Source: Planctomycetota bacterium (lineage in GTDB: Bacteria; Planctomycetota; UBA1135; UBA2386). From it: 64,000 bases of DNA. The stretch is from NCBI GenBank assembly GCA_965223545.1, contig OZ245006.1, positions 160,001 to 224,000 on the forward strand. Reading direction: 5' to 3'. Both the position numbers and the translations under genes were made by a program. A model generated the notes under the pieces. It was not told the DNA's origin. It ran no database searches and saw only the letters and a list, made by a program, of their open reading frames with translations. Positions 43,864 to 55,335 of this stretch are shown here, piece after piece; the first letter of the stretch is position 1, and each line of letters starts with the position of its first letter.

Positions 43864-45542
43864 CGGAACAGGAACCTCGAGTGGTTGCTGCCGTGCACCT
43901 CGGTGTGACACTGCAGGCAGTTGGTGAACACCGCGCCGCTGGTCTGATCGTGGAACGACGGGAAGTCCGCGTGGCACTGCAGACACAGCTGCTGGGTGCG
44001 GTGGTGGGTCAGCATGCGCTGGTTGGTGCTGCCGTGCGGAGCGTGGCAGATCGTGCAGCCGTCGCTGCGCGAGGCCTGGTGGGCGAACACGAACGGCCCG
44101 CGGTACTCGGTGTGACAGCGCACGCAGGACTCGGTGCGCAACGCGCGGTCGCGCAGCTTGGGGCGGGCCGAGTGCGGGTTGTGGCAGTCACTGCACGCCA
44201 TGTGCCCCTCGGGCACGGGGTGGTGGTTGGGCTTGTGAAACTCGGCGGCAACGTCGGTGTGGCACTTCGTGCAGCGCTCTTCCGCCTGCCGGCGGGTCTG
44301 CCCCGCCGGCGCCGCCGGCGAATGGCACGTCAGACAGGTGACCTCGTGCCGCTGGTGCGCCCCCAGCCGGACGTGCGCCAGGTGCGGGGTGTCATCGTGG
44401 CAGCGGCCGCAGGCCTGCAGCTGGTGGGCGCCGCTGGTGTCGCGCAGCGAATCCACCAACCGCGCCACGCCGCCGGAGCGGGCGTGCGCTTCGGCATTGT
44501 CGTGGCAACCGCCGCAGCCCTGTGCCAGCGGCAGGTCCAGGCCGCCCAACGAGGCGTGGATGGTACCGTGCAGGACCTCGAACGCGGGCGCGTGGCACTG
44601 CGCGCACAAGCGGTTGGTGGCGGCGGGCGCCCGGTACTCGCCCGTCTGCTGGTCGAGCCGCTGCTGGTCGGGCGATCGGGGGGCAACTGATTGGGGATCG
44701 AACCCACCCGCCCGCTCCGGCGCCGTCGGCTCGCGGTGCACGGTGTGGCAGCTGGTGCAGGTCAGACCATCCGACAGCAGCGGCTTGTCGCCCTCGCGCC
44801 AGTGGAAGTCCACCGGATCGACCCCCGCGTGGCACTCGCGGCAGGTCACGGCGCCGTCGGCGGCGTGGTCGGGACGCGTGATCAGCCGCGCCAGCCCGCC
44901 GGTCTCGACGTGCAGCGAACCGTTGCCGTGACAGCTCTCGCAGCCCTGCGCGTCGCGCCCGGCGCGCAGACTCGCGTGGCCGCCGTGGGCAAGCAGCTCG
45001 TCGCGGCGCGGATGGCACTGCAAGCACGTCGCGGCGCCCACCGGCTCGGCACTGCGGTCGAGCAGCGCCCGCCGCTCGAACCCGAGTCCCTCGTGCGGCA
45101 CGGCACCGGGCTCCTCGTGCACGGTATGACAGTCGGTGCAGCCCTTGCCCGCCTGCGCGAACCCCTCGGGGTCGCCGCCGTGCACCGCCATCTGGTCGGC
45201 GTGGCACTGCTGGCAGACAGCTCCCTGGACCTTCGCCGGCAGCTTCTGCGGATGGGTGATCAGCCGGGGCTCGTTGTCCTCGTGGTCACCGTGCGCCTGG
45301 CCCGGACCGTGGCAAGTCTCGCAGCCGCGCAGGCCGTCGACCGCCAGCACGCCGGCGTGCACCGAGGCGGCCAGCACCTCCCATTGGTCCTCGTGACAGT
45401 CTTTGCAGACCGCCTTGCCCAAGTACTCGCCGTGGCGGGGAAACGGCGCGGTGGGGTCCTGCGGCCGCGGCGCCAGGCCGGTGGCCAGCGCCGCCGCGAT
45501 CAAGTAGAGCGAAAGCCACGTTGCCGTGTGCCGGACGCGCAT
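43860..45542 (-). CDS. MtrA/DmsE-like multiheme cytochrome c with 18 CxxCH motifs
   Basis: Signal peptide and 18 CxxCH counted in the translation. It carries the MtrA/DmsE hallmarks HHPV.EG...CSDCHNPH, RGPFVFAH, CTICHAPHGS and C..CHTEVHGSNH. Confidence 0.92.
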   Translation of the reverse strand: MRVRHTATWLSLYLIAAALATGLAPRPQDPTAPFPRHGEYLGKAVCKDCHEDQWEVLAASVHAGVLAVDGLRGCETCHGPGQAHGDHEDNEPRLITHPQKLPAKVQGAVCQQCHADQMAVHGGDPEGFAQAGKGCTDCHTVHEEPGAVPHEGLGFERRALLDRSAEPVGAATCLQCHPRRDELLAHGGHASLRAGRDAQGCESCHGNGSLHVETGGLARLITRPDHAADGAVTCRECHAGVDPVDFHWREGDKPLLSDGLTCTSCHTVHREPTAPERAGGFDPQSVAPRSPDQQRLDQQTGEYRAPAATNRLCAQCHAPAFEVLHGTIHASLGGLDLPLAQGCGGCHDNAEAHARSGGVARLVDSLRDTSGAHQLQACGRCHDDTPHLAHVRLGAHQRHEVTCLTCHSPAAPAGQTRRQAEERCTKCHTDVAAEFHKPNHHPVPEGHMACSDCHNPHSARPKLRDRALRTESCVRCHTEYRGPFVFAHQASRSDGCTICHAPHGSTNQRMLTHHRTQQLCLQCHADFPSFHDQTSGAVFTNCLQCHTEVHGSNHSRFLFR

Positions 45543-45663
45543 GCCGTCGTTCTCGCGGGAAGGGGGTGTGGGGCACCGCGTCGACGCGACGCGCCGCTGG
45601 CACGGCGGTTACGGCTTTTGCGCGGTCTAAAAGCGGCATTCGACACTACAATCTCCAGGCTCG

Positions 45664-47034
45664 ATGCAACAGGGCCGGAAGTACTTCCTGCACAGCTACG
45701 GCTGCCAGATGAACAAGCTCGATTCCGAGCTGGTGGAGGCGCGCCTGCGCGACGCCGGCTACACCGCCGCCGACCGCGAGACCGAGGCCGACGTCGTCCT
45801 GCTGAACACCTGCTCGGTGCGCGAGCACGCCGAGGACAAGGTCTGGAGTCGCCTGGGCCGGCTGCGGCTGCAAAAGCAGCAGCGCCCCGACCTGGTGGTC
45901 GGCGTCCTCGGCTGCATGGCGCAGGAGCACCGCCGCAAGCTGCAGGCCCGCATGCCACACGTCGATCTGGTCGTCGGCCCCTCCGCCTTCGGCGACATCG
46001 AGGCCAAGGTGGCGCAGGCCCGTGCGGCGCGCCGGCCGGACACGCGGCGCGGCGCGGGCGTCCTGGCGGTGGACGACGGTGTCAGCGGCGACCGGATCCG
46101 CCGCGACCCGCGCGTGCGCCCACACCGCAGCCAGGCCTACGTCAGCGTGATGCGCGGCTGCAACATGCCGTGCAGCTACTGCATCGTCCCGGCGACGCGC
46201 GGCGCCGAGATCAGCCGTCCGATCGAGGTCATCGCCGAGGAAACCGAGCGGCTGATCGACGACGGCGTCACCGAGATCACCCTGCTCGGCCAGACCGTCA
46301 ACGCCTACGGCCGCGACCTCGGCCGCGACGTCACCCTGACCCGACTCCTGCACCGCCTGCACGAGATCGACGGGCTGCGCCGACTGGCGTTCATCACCTC
46401 GCACCCCAACTTCTTGTCGGCGGAGCTGATCGACGCGCTGGCGACCCTGCCGAAGGTGGCGCGCTTCCTACACCTGCCGGCACAGTCCGGCAGCAACGAC
46501 GTGCTGCGCGCGATGCGCCGGGGCTACACCGTCGAGCGCTACCTGCGCCGCGTCGACGCGCTGCTGGAACGGGTGCCCGACATGGAGCTGCACTCGGACT
46601 TCATCGTCGGCTACCCCGGCGAGACCGAGGCCGACGTCGCTGCCACCGTCGCCTTGATGGAACGCGTCCGCTTCGCGCAGAGCTACGTCTTCAAGTACTC
46701 CCCGCGCCCCGGCACGCTGGCGGCCGATCTCGCCGACGACGTCGAGCAGGCGGAGAAGGAGCGGCGCAACCAGCTGCTGCTGCAAGTGCAGGAGCGGCAC
46801 GGCATGCAGCGCAATCGGGCACTGGTCGGCACCGTCCAGGAGGTGCTGGTGGAGGGGCCGAGCCCGCGCGTGGCGGGTCGCATGGCCGGCCGCACGGCGC
46901 AGCATCGGATCGTGCACTTCGCCGGCGATGATGCGGGCCTGGTGGGGAGCTACGTACCGGTGCGCATCGACGAGGCGTTGCCGCACTCGCTGGTCGGCGA
47001 GTGCCTCGCGCTGGAGGCCGGGACCCGACCGTGA
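45664..47034 (+). CDS. miaB: tRNA-2-methylthio-N6-dimethylallyladenosine synthase
   Basis: SYGCQMNKLDSE, NTCSVRE, GCMAQ, radical SAM CNMPCSYC, LLGQTVNAYG, FKYSPRPGT and a TRAM domain. Confidence 0.96.
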   Translation: MQQGRKYFLHSYGCQMNKLDSELVEARLRDAGYTAADRETEADVVLLNTCSVREHAEDKVWSRLGRLRLQKQQRPDLVVGVLGCMAQEHRRKLQARMPHVDLVVGPSAFGDIEAKVAQARAARRPDTRRGAGVLAVDDGVSGDRIRRDPRVRPHRSQAYVSVMRGCNMPCSYCIVPATRGAEISRPIEVIAEETERLIDDGVTEITLLGQTVNAYGRDLGRDVTLTRLLHRLHEIDGLRRLAFITSHPNFLSAELIDALATLPKVARFLHLPAQSGSNDVLRAMRRGYTVERYLRRVDALLERVPDMELHSDFIVGYPGETEADVAATVALMERVRFAQSYVFKYSPRPGTLAADLADDVEQAEKERRNQLLLQVQERHGMQRNRALVGTVQEVLVEGPSPRVAGRMAGRTAQHRIVHFAGDDAGLVGSYVPVRIDEALPHSLVGECLALEAGTRP

Positions 47035-48146
47035 GCGCCGGCGCCGAGCGCTGGATGCGCGAGGCCATCGAGCTGGCGCTGCGCGGTCGCGGCGAGGTCG
47101 AGCCCAACCCCAGGGTCGGCGCGCTGGCGATCGCCGACGGCGCCATCGTCGGCCGCGGCTGGCACCGGCACTGGGGCGGCCGCCACGCCGAAGTCGAGGC
47201 GCTCGCCGATGCCGCCGCGAACCGCGCGCGGCCGGACACGCTGGTGGTCACCCTCGAGCCGTGTTCGACGCCGGCCGGCGTCGACGGCAAGGTCAATCCA
47301 CCGTGCGTCGATGCGATCCGCAACAGCCCGGTGCGCACGGTGATCGCCGGCGCCAAGGATCCCGCGCCGCGCCACCGCGGCCGCGGCTTCGCCGCCCTCG
47401 CCGAAGCCGGCATCCGGGTGCAGACCGGCGTGCTGGCGGACGAGTGCACCGCGATCAACGGGCCGTTCCACCGCTGGCTCGGGCTCGATCGGCCGTGGAC
47501 CATCGCCAAGTGGGCGATGAGCCTCGACGGCAAGACCGCCGCCCACACCGGCGACGCCCGCTGGATCTCCGGCGAGTCGGCGCGCCAGCGCAGCCATCTG
47601 TTGCGCGCCCGCGTCGACGCCGTCGCCGTCGGCTACCGCACCGTCGCCGCCGACGACCCCGCGCTCACCGTGCGCCACGTCGAAGGCGCCCAGCCGATCC
47701 GGCTGGTGATCGACCCCGAGGCCGCGCTGCCGGCGCGCGGACGCATGCTGGAAACCGCCGCGGCCGGGCCGATCTGGCTGCTGGTCGGCGAGGCCCACGC
47801 CGAGCGCGCCGCGGAGGCGTGGGGCGTGGCCGGTGCCGAGGTCCTCGCCGTGCCGGCCGCCGGCCCGCACCGCCTGGACCTCGCCGCCGCCTGGCGCGCG
47901 CTGCGCGGCCGCGGGCTGCGCCGGCTGCTGGTCGAGGGCGGCGGCGGTCTCTGCGCGGAGCTATTGGCCGGCGACCTGATCGACCAGACCCTCTGCTTCG
48001 TCGCCCCCCGCCTGATCGGCGGAGCGGCCGCGCCGACGCCGGTGGGGGGGGCCGGCCAGCCCACCGTGGCGCAGGCATGGCGGCTTGCCGAGATGACTTG
48101 GCAGGCGTGCGGAGAAGACCTCGCCATCGTCGCCTTCCGCGCCTGA
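47031..48146 (+). CDS. ribD: Riboflavin biosynthesis deaminase/reductase
   Basis: PNPRVG, HAE, TLEPC...PPC, KWAMSLDGK, WISG, LLVEGG. The GTG start overlaps the miaB stop. Confidence 0.95.
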   Translation: MSAGAERWMREAIELALRGRGEVEPNPRVGALAIADGAIVGRGWHRHWGGRHAEVEALADAAANRARPDTLVVTLEPCSTPAGVDGKVNPPCVDAIRNSPVRTVIAGAKDPAPRHRGRGFAALAEAGIRVQTGVLADECTAINGPFHRWLGLDRPWTIAKWAMSLDGKTAAHTGDARWISGESARQRSHLLRARVDAVAVGYRTVAADDPALTVRHVEGAQPIRLVIDPEAALPARGRMLETAAAGPIWLLVGEAHAERAAEAWGVAGAEVLAVPAAGPHRLDLAAAWRALRGRGLRRLLVEGGGGLCAELLAGDLIDQTLCFVAPRLIGGAAAPTPVGGAGQPTVAQAWRLAEMTWQACGEDLAIVAFRA

Positions 48147-48202
48147 GCGCAGCGCCGCCGGGCGCGACCTCTCGATTGCTATGCTCGGCTCTGGTTGACG
48201 CC

Positions 48203-48732
48203 ATGACGACCGAGCGAGCAGAAGACGGCCCCCAGGTCACCAGCGAGGTCTACTCCCAGCTCAAAGACATCGCCCGCCGCTTGTTCGCCGACGAGCGCAC
48301 CGCGCACACCCTGCAGCCGACCGCGATCGTGCACGAGGCCTTCCTCAAGCTGGTCCGCGGGCGCTCGGTCGACTGGAGCAGCCGCGCCGCGTTCCTCGCG
48401 CAGGCCGCGACGGCGATGCGGCACTTGCTGGTGGATCACGCACGGGCGCGACGCACGGCCAAACGCGGGCACGGGGCGCGACCGGTGACGCTCGACGAGC
48501 GACTGGCTTCGGGCGAGAACCGGCCACTCGATCTCTTGGCGCTGGACGAAGCTCTGCAGCGGCTCGCGCGCTTGCACGCGCGGCAACACCGGGTGGTCGA
48601 GCTGCGCTTCTTCGGCGGCCTGACGATTGTCGAGACCGCACACGTGCTGGGCGTCGGCACGACCACCGTCGAGGACGACTGGGCCATGGCGCGCGCCTGG
48701 CTGACGCGCCAGCTCGGCGAGGCAGAAGCGCG

Positions 48733-48736
<4 letters not shown>
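48203..48736 (+). CDS. ECF-type sigma factor (TIGR02999-like, kinase-associated)
   Basis: HTLQPTAIVHEAFLKL, AMRHLLVDHAR, LDEALQRL, VVELRFFGGLT, DW..ARAWL. Confidence 0.92.
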
Positions 48737-51504
<2,768 letters not shown>

Positions 51505-51549
51505 GAGCGGGGAGGTGCTGGCGGAGCCGGATTCTCCGACCCGGACACC

Positions 51550-52929
51550 TCACAACACCGTCACCGTTGCCCCGTCGCTGGCTTGGATCGAGGAGCTGGT
51601 GACGAACAGCGCCTGGACGTGGAACGTCGCTCCGACGAGGCTCCCGTTCGCCGGAATCGGTAGCGGCAGATCGCCGGAAGCGGTCAACGGCGCCCCGCCG
51701 ACGAGCAGCTGGCCCGGGGCGGGATCGACCAGCAAGCGCAGCCCCTGGAAGGGGATGCTGGCGCGGCCCTTGCTGGCGAACCAGACCCCCGGCGCCGGCG
51801 GCCCGGCGGCGGGGACGGCGCGCAGGCCGAACTGGAGGTTGCCGACGAGCGGCAAGCCGCCCGGGTTGGGGGCGAGCCGCCACCGGTAGTCCGCGCCCCC
51901 GCTGGGCGTCGGGTCCCCGTACGCCGAGGGGTTGGGATGGACGTCGATGCCCGATACGACGCCCCATCCCGCGGCCGGGCCGAACGTCAAGGCCTGCGTC
52001 GGCCCCGACGGCGTCGTCCAGGAGACTCCCGCGGTGTAGGGGTTGCTGAACACCGACTCGACCACGACGTAGCTGCCGGTGGCGCGCTCCACCGCGACGG
52101 CGTTGCGCACGCTGCGTCCAACCGGCACCGCGGTCACCTGACCGCTCGAGGGATCGACCTCGAACAGATTCGGCGACGCACCCAGGGGTGTGCCGCCGAA
52201 CGTGCCGACCAGCAGCCGGCCGTCGGCGAGGACGTCCAGACCAACGACGCCTCCGTTGAGCGTCGCGACCCACTGCGCCGCTCCACCGCCGGGGACCGGG
52301 ACCTTCCACACCTGGCCTACAGCGCTTGGCGAGGAGAAGCCCAAGTAGGCCACCTGCCCCGCAGGATCGACCGCGACGGCGTTCGGCGTGACGCCCGTGA
52401 TCCCCGACACCGGCACCGGGGTCGCCAACCCGGTGCTCGTCGACAACACCAGCAGCCCACTCGGCGTGGCCAGCGCGCCGGACGCCGTGCGGCCGGCGAC
52501 GAGCAGGTCGCCGTTCGGCAGCAGCGCGAGACCGTTGACGCCGCTGGCACCACCGCCGGCGGTGCCGACCACGTGGACCGTGCTCGCGGTCGGGACCACC
52601 GTGTCGCCCTGCAGCGTCAGCACGTGCACCGACACCGGGCCAGACTCCGCCAGCTCGCCGACGAGGAGCGCGCCGTCGGACGGGCGCCAGACGACCGAGT
52701 CGGCGCCGCAGGATCCGCAGCCGATCCCGGCGCCGGTCAGCGTTGCGGGCAACCCCTGCACCGCGACAGTGGCTCCGGTTCTCGGGTGCACGAAGAAGAG
52801 ACCGCCGGTCGCGCCGGTGAAGTTCGGGTCCCTGAACGTCGAGACGACGCACCATCCGGCCGGCACCTGAGTCGGAGCGGTGCCGGCGAGGGCGAGCACC
52901 GCGGCGAGAGCGAGGGTTCGATGAGCCAT
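51550..52929 (-). CDS. Secreted beta-propeller protein with C-terminal PIP...L.G...Q domain
   Basis: GGAG RBS, signal peptide MAHRTLALAAVLALAG, repeated 'GLA..P.G.LLV' blades and C-terminal LPIPANGSLVGATFHVQ. Confidence 0.75.
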   Translation of the reverse strand: MAHRTLALAAVLALAGTAPTQVPAGWCVVSTFRDPNFTGATGGLFFVHPRTGATVAVQGLPATLTGAGIGCGSCGADSVVWRPSDGALLVGELAESGPVSVHVLTLQGDTVVPTASTVHVVGTAGGGASGVNGLALLPNGDLLVAGRTASGALATPSGLLVLSTSTGLATPVPVSGITGVTPNAVAVDPAGQVAYLGFSSPSAVGQVWKVPVPGGGAAQWVATLNGGVVGLDVLADGRLLVGTFGGTPLGASPNLFEVDPSSGQVTAVPVGRSVRNAVAVERATGSYVVVESVFSNPYTAGVSWTTPSGPTQALTFGPAAGWGVVSGIDVHPNPSAYGDPTPSGGADYRWRLAPNPGGLPLVGNLQFGLRAVPAAGPPAPGVWFASKGRASIPFQGLRLLVDPAPGQLLVGGAPLTASGDLPLPIPANGSLVGATFHVQALFVTSSSIQASDGATVTVL

Positions 52930-53085
52930 GGGTTCTCCTGTTGTGGCGCGGACACTGCGCCCGCAACTACCGGGGCGAGAAAGCACCGCCCGGTCCCCGG
53001 CCGAGTGCGCGTTTTTTTCGGGCCCACCTGCACCGCACGACCCCGTTACCGTGACGATCTCCACAACCTCAAACGGAGACGAACG

Positions 53086-53367
53086 ATGAAGCTGTTGGTC
53101 ACCTGGACGATGCACGAAGGCAAGCTGCACGAGACCCTGGAGCAGTTCGCGAGCATGACCGACGCCGACGAGCAAGCGATGATGGGCAACGTGCGCCGGA
53201 TCGGGCGCTGGCACGACGTGGCCCGCGGTCGCGGCGCCGCGGTCTACGAGGTCGAGGACGCCGCCGCGTTCTCCAGCTATGCACTGCGTTGGAACCACGC
53301 CATGGACATCGACGTCTCGGTCGTGCTCGACGACGACGAAACGCGCGCCCTCGGACAGAAGGGGTAG
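53086..53367 (+). CDS. DUF3303 family small protein
   Basis: GGAG RBS and MKLLVTW...GRWHDV..GRG..V.E......W......V..VLDD (93 aa). Confidence 0.8.
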   Translation: MKLLVTWTMHEGKLHETLEQFASMTDADEQAMMGNVRRIGRWHDVARGRGAAVYEVEDAAAFSSYALRWNHAMDIDVSVVLDDDETRALGQKG

Positions 53368-53375
53368 CCAGGCCC

Positions 53376-54107
53376 ATGCAACGGCTCGTCGAGTGCGCCT
53401 CCGCGCTCAGCGCCGCGGTCGACGCCCTGTCGTTCGCGGCGCCGATCACCCACGTCTACAACCCCCTCGACTACGCGTGGGAGCCACACCGCGCCTACCT
53501 GCGCCGGTTTGCCAAGCGCGGGGTGCGCGCGCTGCTGCTCGGCATGAACCCCGGCCCGTGGGGGATGGCGCAGACCGGCGTCCCGTTCGGCGAGGTGGAG
53601 ATGGTGCGCGACTGGCTCGGCATCGAGGCGCCGGTGCACAAACCGGCGGTCGAGCACCCGCGCCGACCGATCCAGGGGTTCGAATGCGGCCGGAGCGAGG
53701 TCAGCGGCCAGCGGCTGTGGGGTTGGGCCCGCGCGCGGTGGGGCACCCCCGAACGCTTCTTCGCCGACCACTTCGTCTACAACTACTGCCCACTCGTCTT
53801 CATGGAGGAGAGCGGCCGCAACTTCACGCCGGACAAGCTGCCGCGCGACGAGCGCAGCGCGCTGGAGGACGTGTGCGACGCGGCGCTGCGCCGCGTCGTC
53901 GGCGCCATCCAACCGGCGATGGTGGTCGGGGTCGGCGCGTTCGCCGAGCGCCGCGCGCACGCCGCGCTCGGCACCGCGGCACCGACGATCGGCCGGCTGC
54001 TGCACCCGAGCCCGGCGAGTCCGGCGGCGAATCGGGGTTGGGCCGAAGCGGCGGATCGCGACTGGCAACGGCTCGGTTTGGCGGGAGGCGGTGTGGGGGG
54101 CGACTAG
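53376..54107 (+). CDS. SMUG1-type (family 3) uracil-DNA glycosylase
   Basis: YNPLDYAW, GMNPGPWGMAQTGVPFG, RSEVSG.RLW, NYCPL.F, LHPSPASP.AN. Confidence 0.93.
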   Translation: MQRLVECASALSAAVDALSFAAPITHVYNPLDYAWEPHRAYLRRFAKRGVRALLLGMNPGPWGMAQTGVPFGEVEMVRDWLGIEAPVHKPAVEHPRRPIQGFECGRSEVSGQRLWGWARARWGTPERFFADHFVYNYCPLVFMEESGRNFTPDKLPRDERSALEDVCDAALRRVVGAIQPAMVVGVGAFAERRAHAALGTAAPTIGRLLHPSPASPAANRGWAEAADRDWQRLGLAGGGVGGD

Positions 54108-54114
54108 GCTCAAA

Positions 54115-54133
54115 AACTGCAGCCCTTCCGTGG
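54115..54133 (+). repeat. Left inverted repeat AACTGCAGCCCTTCCGTGG
   Basis: Exact reverse complement of 55336-55354. Confidence 0.9.
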
Positions 54134-54261
54134 GCCTGCTAGCTGAGAGACGCTGACCGAGACGTAACCGGAGCCCTCTTCCGAGTCACTGGAAGTGACG
54201 CAGGGCCAGCTGCGCAAACGGTGCCCTTTGGTCCCCCCGCGTTGTGTCCCGGAGGTCGCCG

Positions 54262-55314
54262 ATGTTCGTTCCCCCGCGTTGCCCCAACTCAGCTTGCCCG
54301 CACAACCGCAGCCCGCGGCCCGGCTTCTTCGTACGCCGTGGCTACTACTACCCCAAGTGCCGCGCCCAAGGCGTGCCGCGCTTCCGCTGCCGCCATTGCC
54401 GGCAAGGCTTCTCGCGGCAGACGTTCCGCATGGATTACCGCGACCACAAGCCCGACCGCAACGCCTGGATCGTCATGTTGCTCTGCTCTGGCCTGGGCCT
54501 GCGACAGACCGCACGCCTGGCCGGGCTCACGGCGCGCAACACCGAGATGAAGTTCCGCAAGATCGGTCGTCACGTCCGCCGCCTGAACAACAACTTACGG
54601 GGTGACCTGCCGGTCGGCTCGAGCTTGCAGTTCGACGAACTCGAGAGCTACGAGGGCCGCCGCAACACGCGGCCCCTGACGCTGCCTGTCCTGATCGAGC
54701 GCGGGAGCCGCTTCATCCTCGCAGCGCGGTCGGCCCCGATCCGCCCAGGTGGCCCCAAACCGGCTGCGCGCCGGCGAGCGATAGAGGCCGACGCGCGGCG
54801 GTTTGGCCGGCGGCCGTCGCGGTCGCGCGCGGCAACGCGCAATGCGCTGTGCCGGGGCGCGCGCGCTTGCACTCGGTTGACCACCGTGTTGCTCGAAACG
54901 GACGAGAAAACGACCTACTCAGGACTCGCGAGGGGCATTTTCGGCGCGCGGCTCGAGCACCGGCGAACACCGAGCACGCTGCCGCGCGAGACCTGGAACC
55001 CGCTGTTCGCGATCAACCATACCGAGGCAATGGCGCGCGACCTCAACGGTCGTCTGCGGCGCGAGTCCTGGCTGGTCAGCAAGAAGCGCTGTTTCCTCAA
55101 CCTGCAGCTGCACATCTACACCGCGTACCGCAACTTCACGCGACCGCGCTTCAACTTCGACCGAGACACGCCGGCGATGCTGGTTGGCTGGCTCCCCCAG
55201 AAGTTGCGGCTGAACCAGGTGCTATCCTGGCGCCAGGACTGGGGCACGCGCAGCGGCCATCCGCTGGATCGAAACGCAAAACCGATCGAGAACTTCCTGA
55301 AGAGCTCTGCCTGA
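54262..55314 (+). CDS. IS1-family-like transposase (Zn ribbon + HTH + RNase H-like core in a single ORF)
   Basis: GGAGG RBS, CPNSAC...CRHC zinc ribbon, GLRQTARL HTH, FDELES, TDEK..Y and RLRRESWLVSK. Confidence 0.82.
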   Translation: MFVPPRCPNSACPHNRSPRPGFFVRRGYYYPKCRAQGVPRFRCRHCRQGFSRQTFRMDYRDHKPDRNAWIVMLLCSGLGLRQTARLAGLTARNTEMKFRKIGRHVRRLNNNLRGDLPVGSSLQFDELESYEGRRNTRPLTLPVLIERGSRFILAARSAPIRPGGPKPAARRRAIEADARRFGRRPSRSRAATRNALCRGARACTRLTTVLLETDEKTTYSGLARGIFGARLEHRRTPSTLPRETWNPLFAINHTEAMARDLNGRLRRESWLVSKKRCFLNLQLHIYTAYRNFTRPRFNFDRDTPAMLVGWLPQKLRLNQVLSWRQDWGTRSGHPLDRNAKPIENFLKSSA

Positions 55315-55335
55315 CTTTCTTGCGGCCGTGCCGGA

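Noticed and set aside
45598..45612. Sigma-54-like promoter TGGCAC-N5-TTAC
   Set aside because: The -12 GC is not matched, and it points toward miaB rather than the cytochrome.
46928..48202. Apparent long N-terminal extension of the ECF sigma factor
   Set aside because: It is an alternative frame of ribD with low-complexity Arg/Pro translation.
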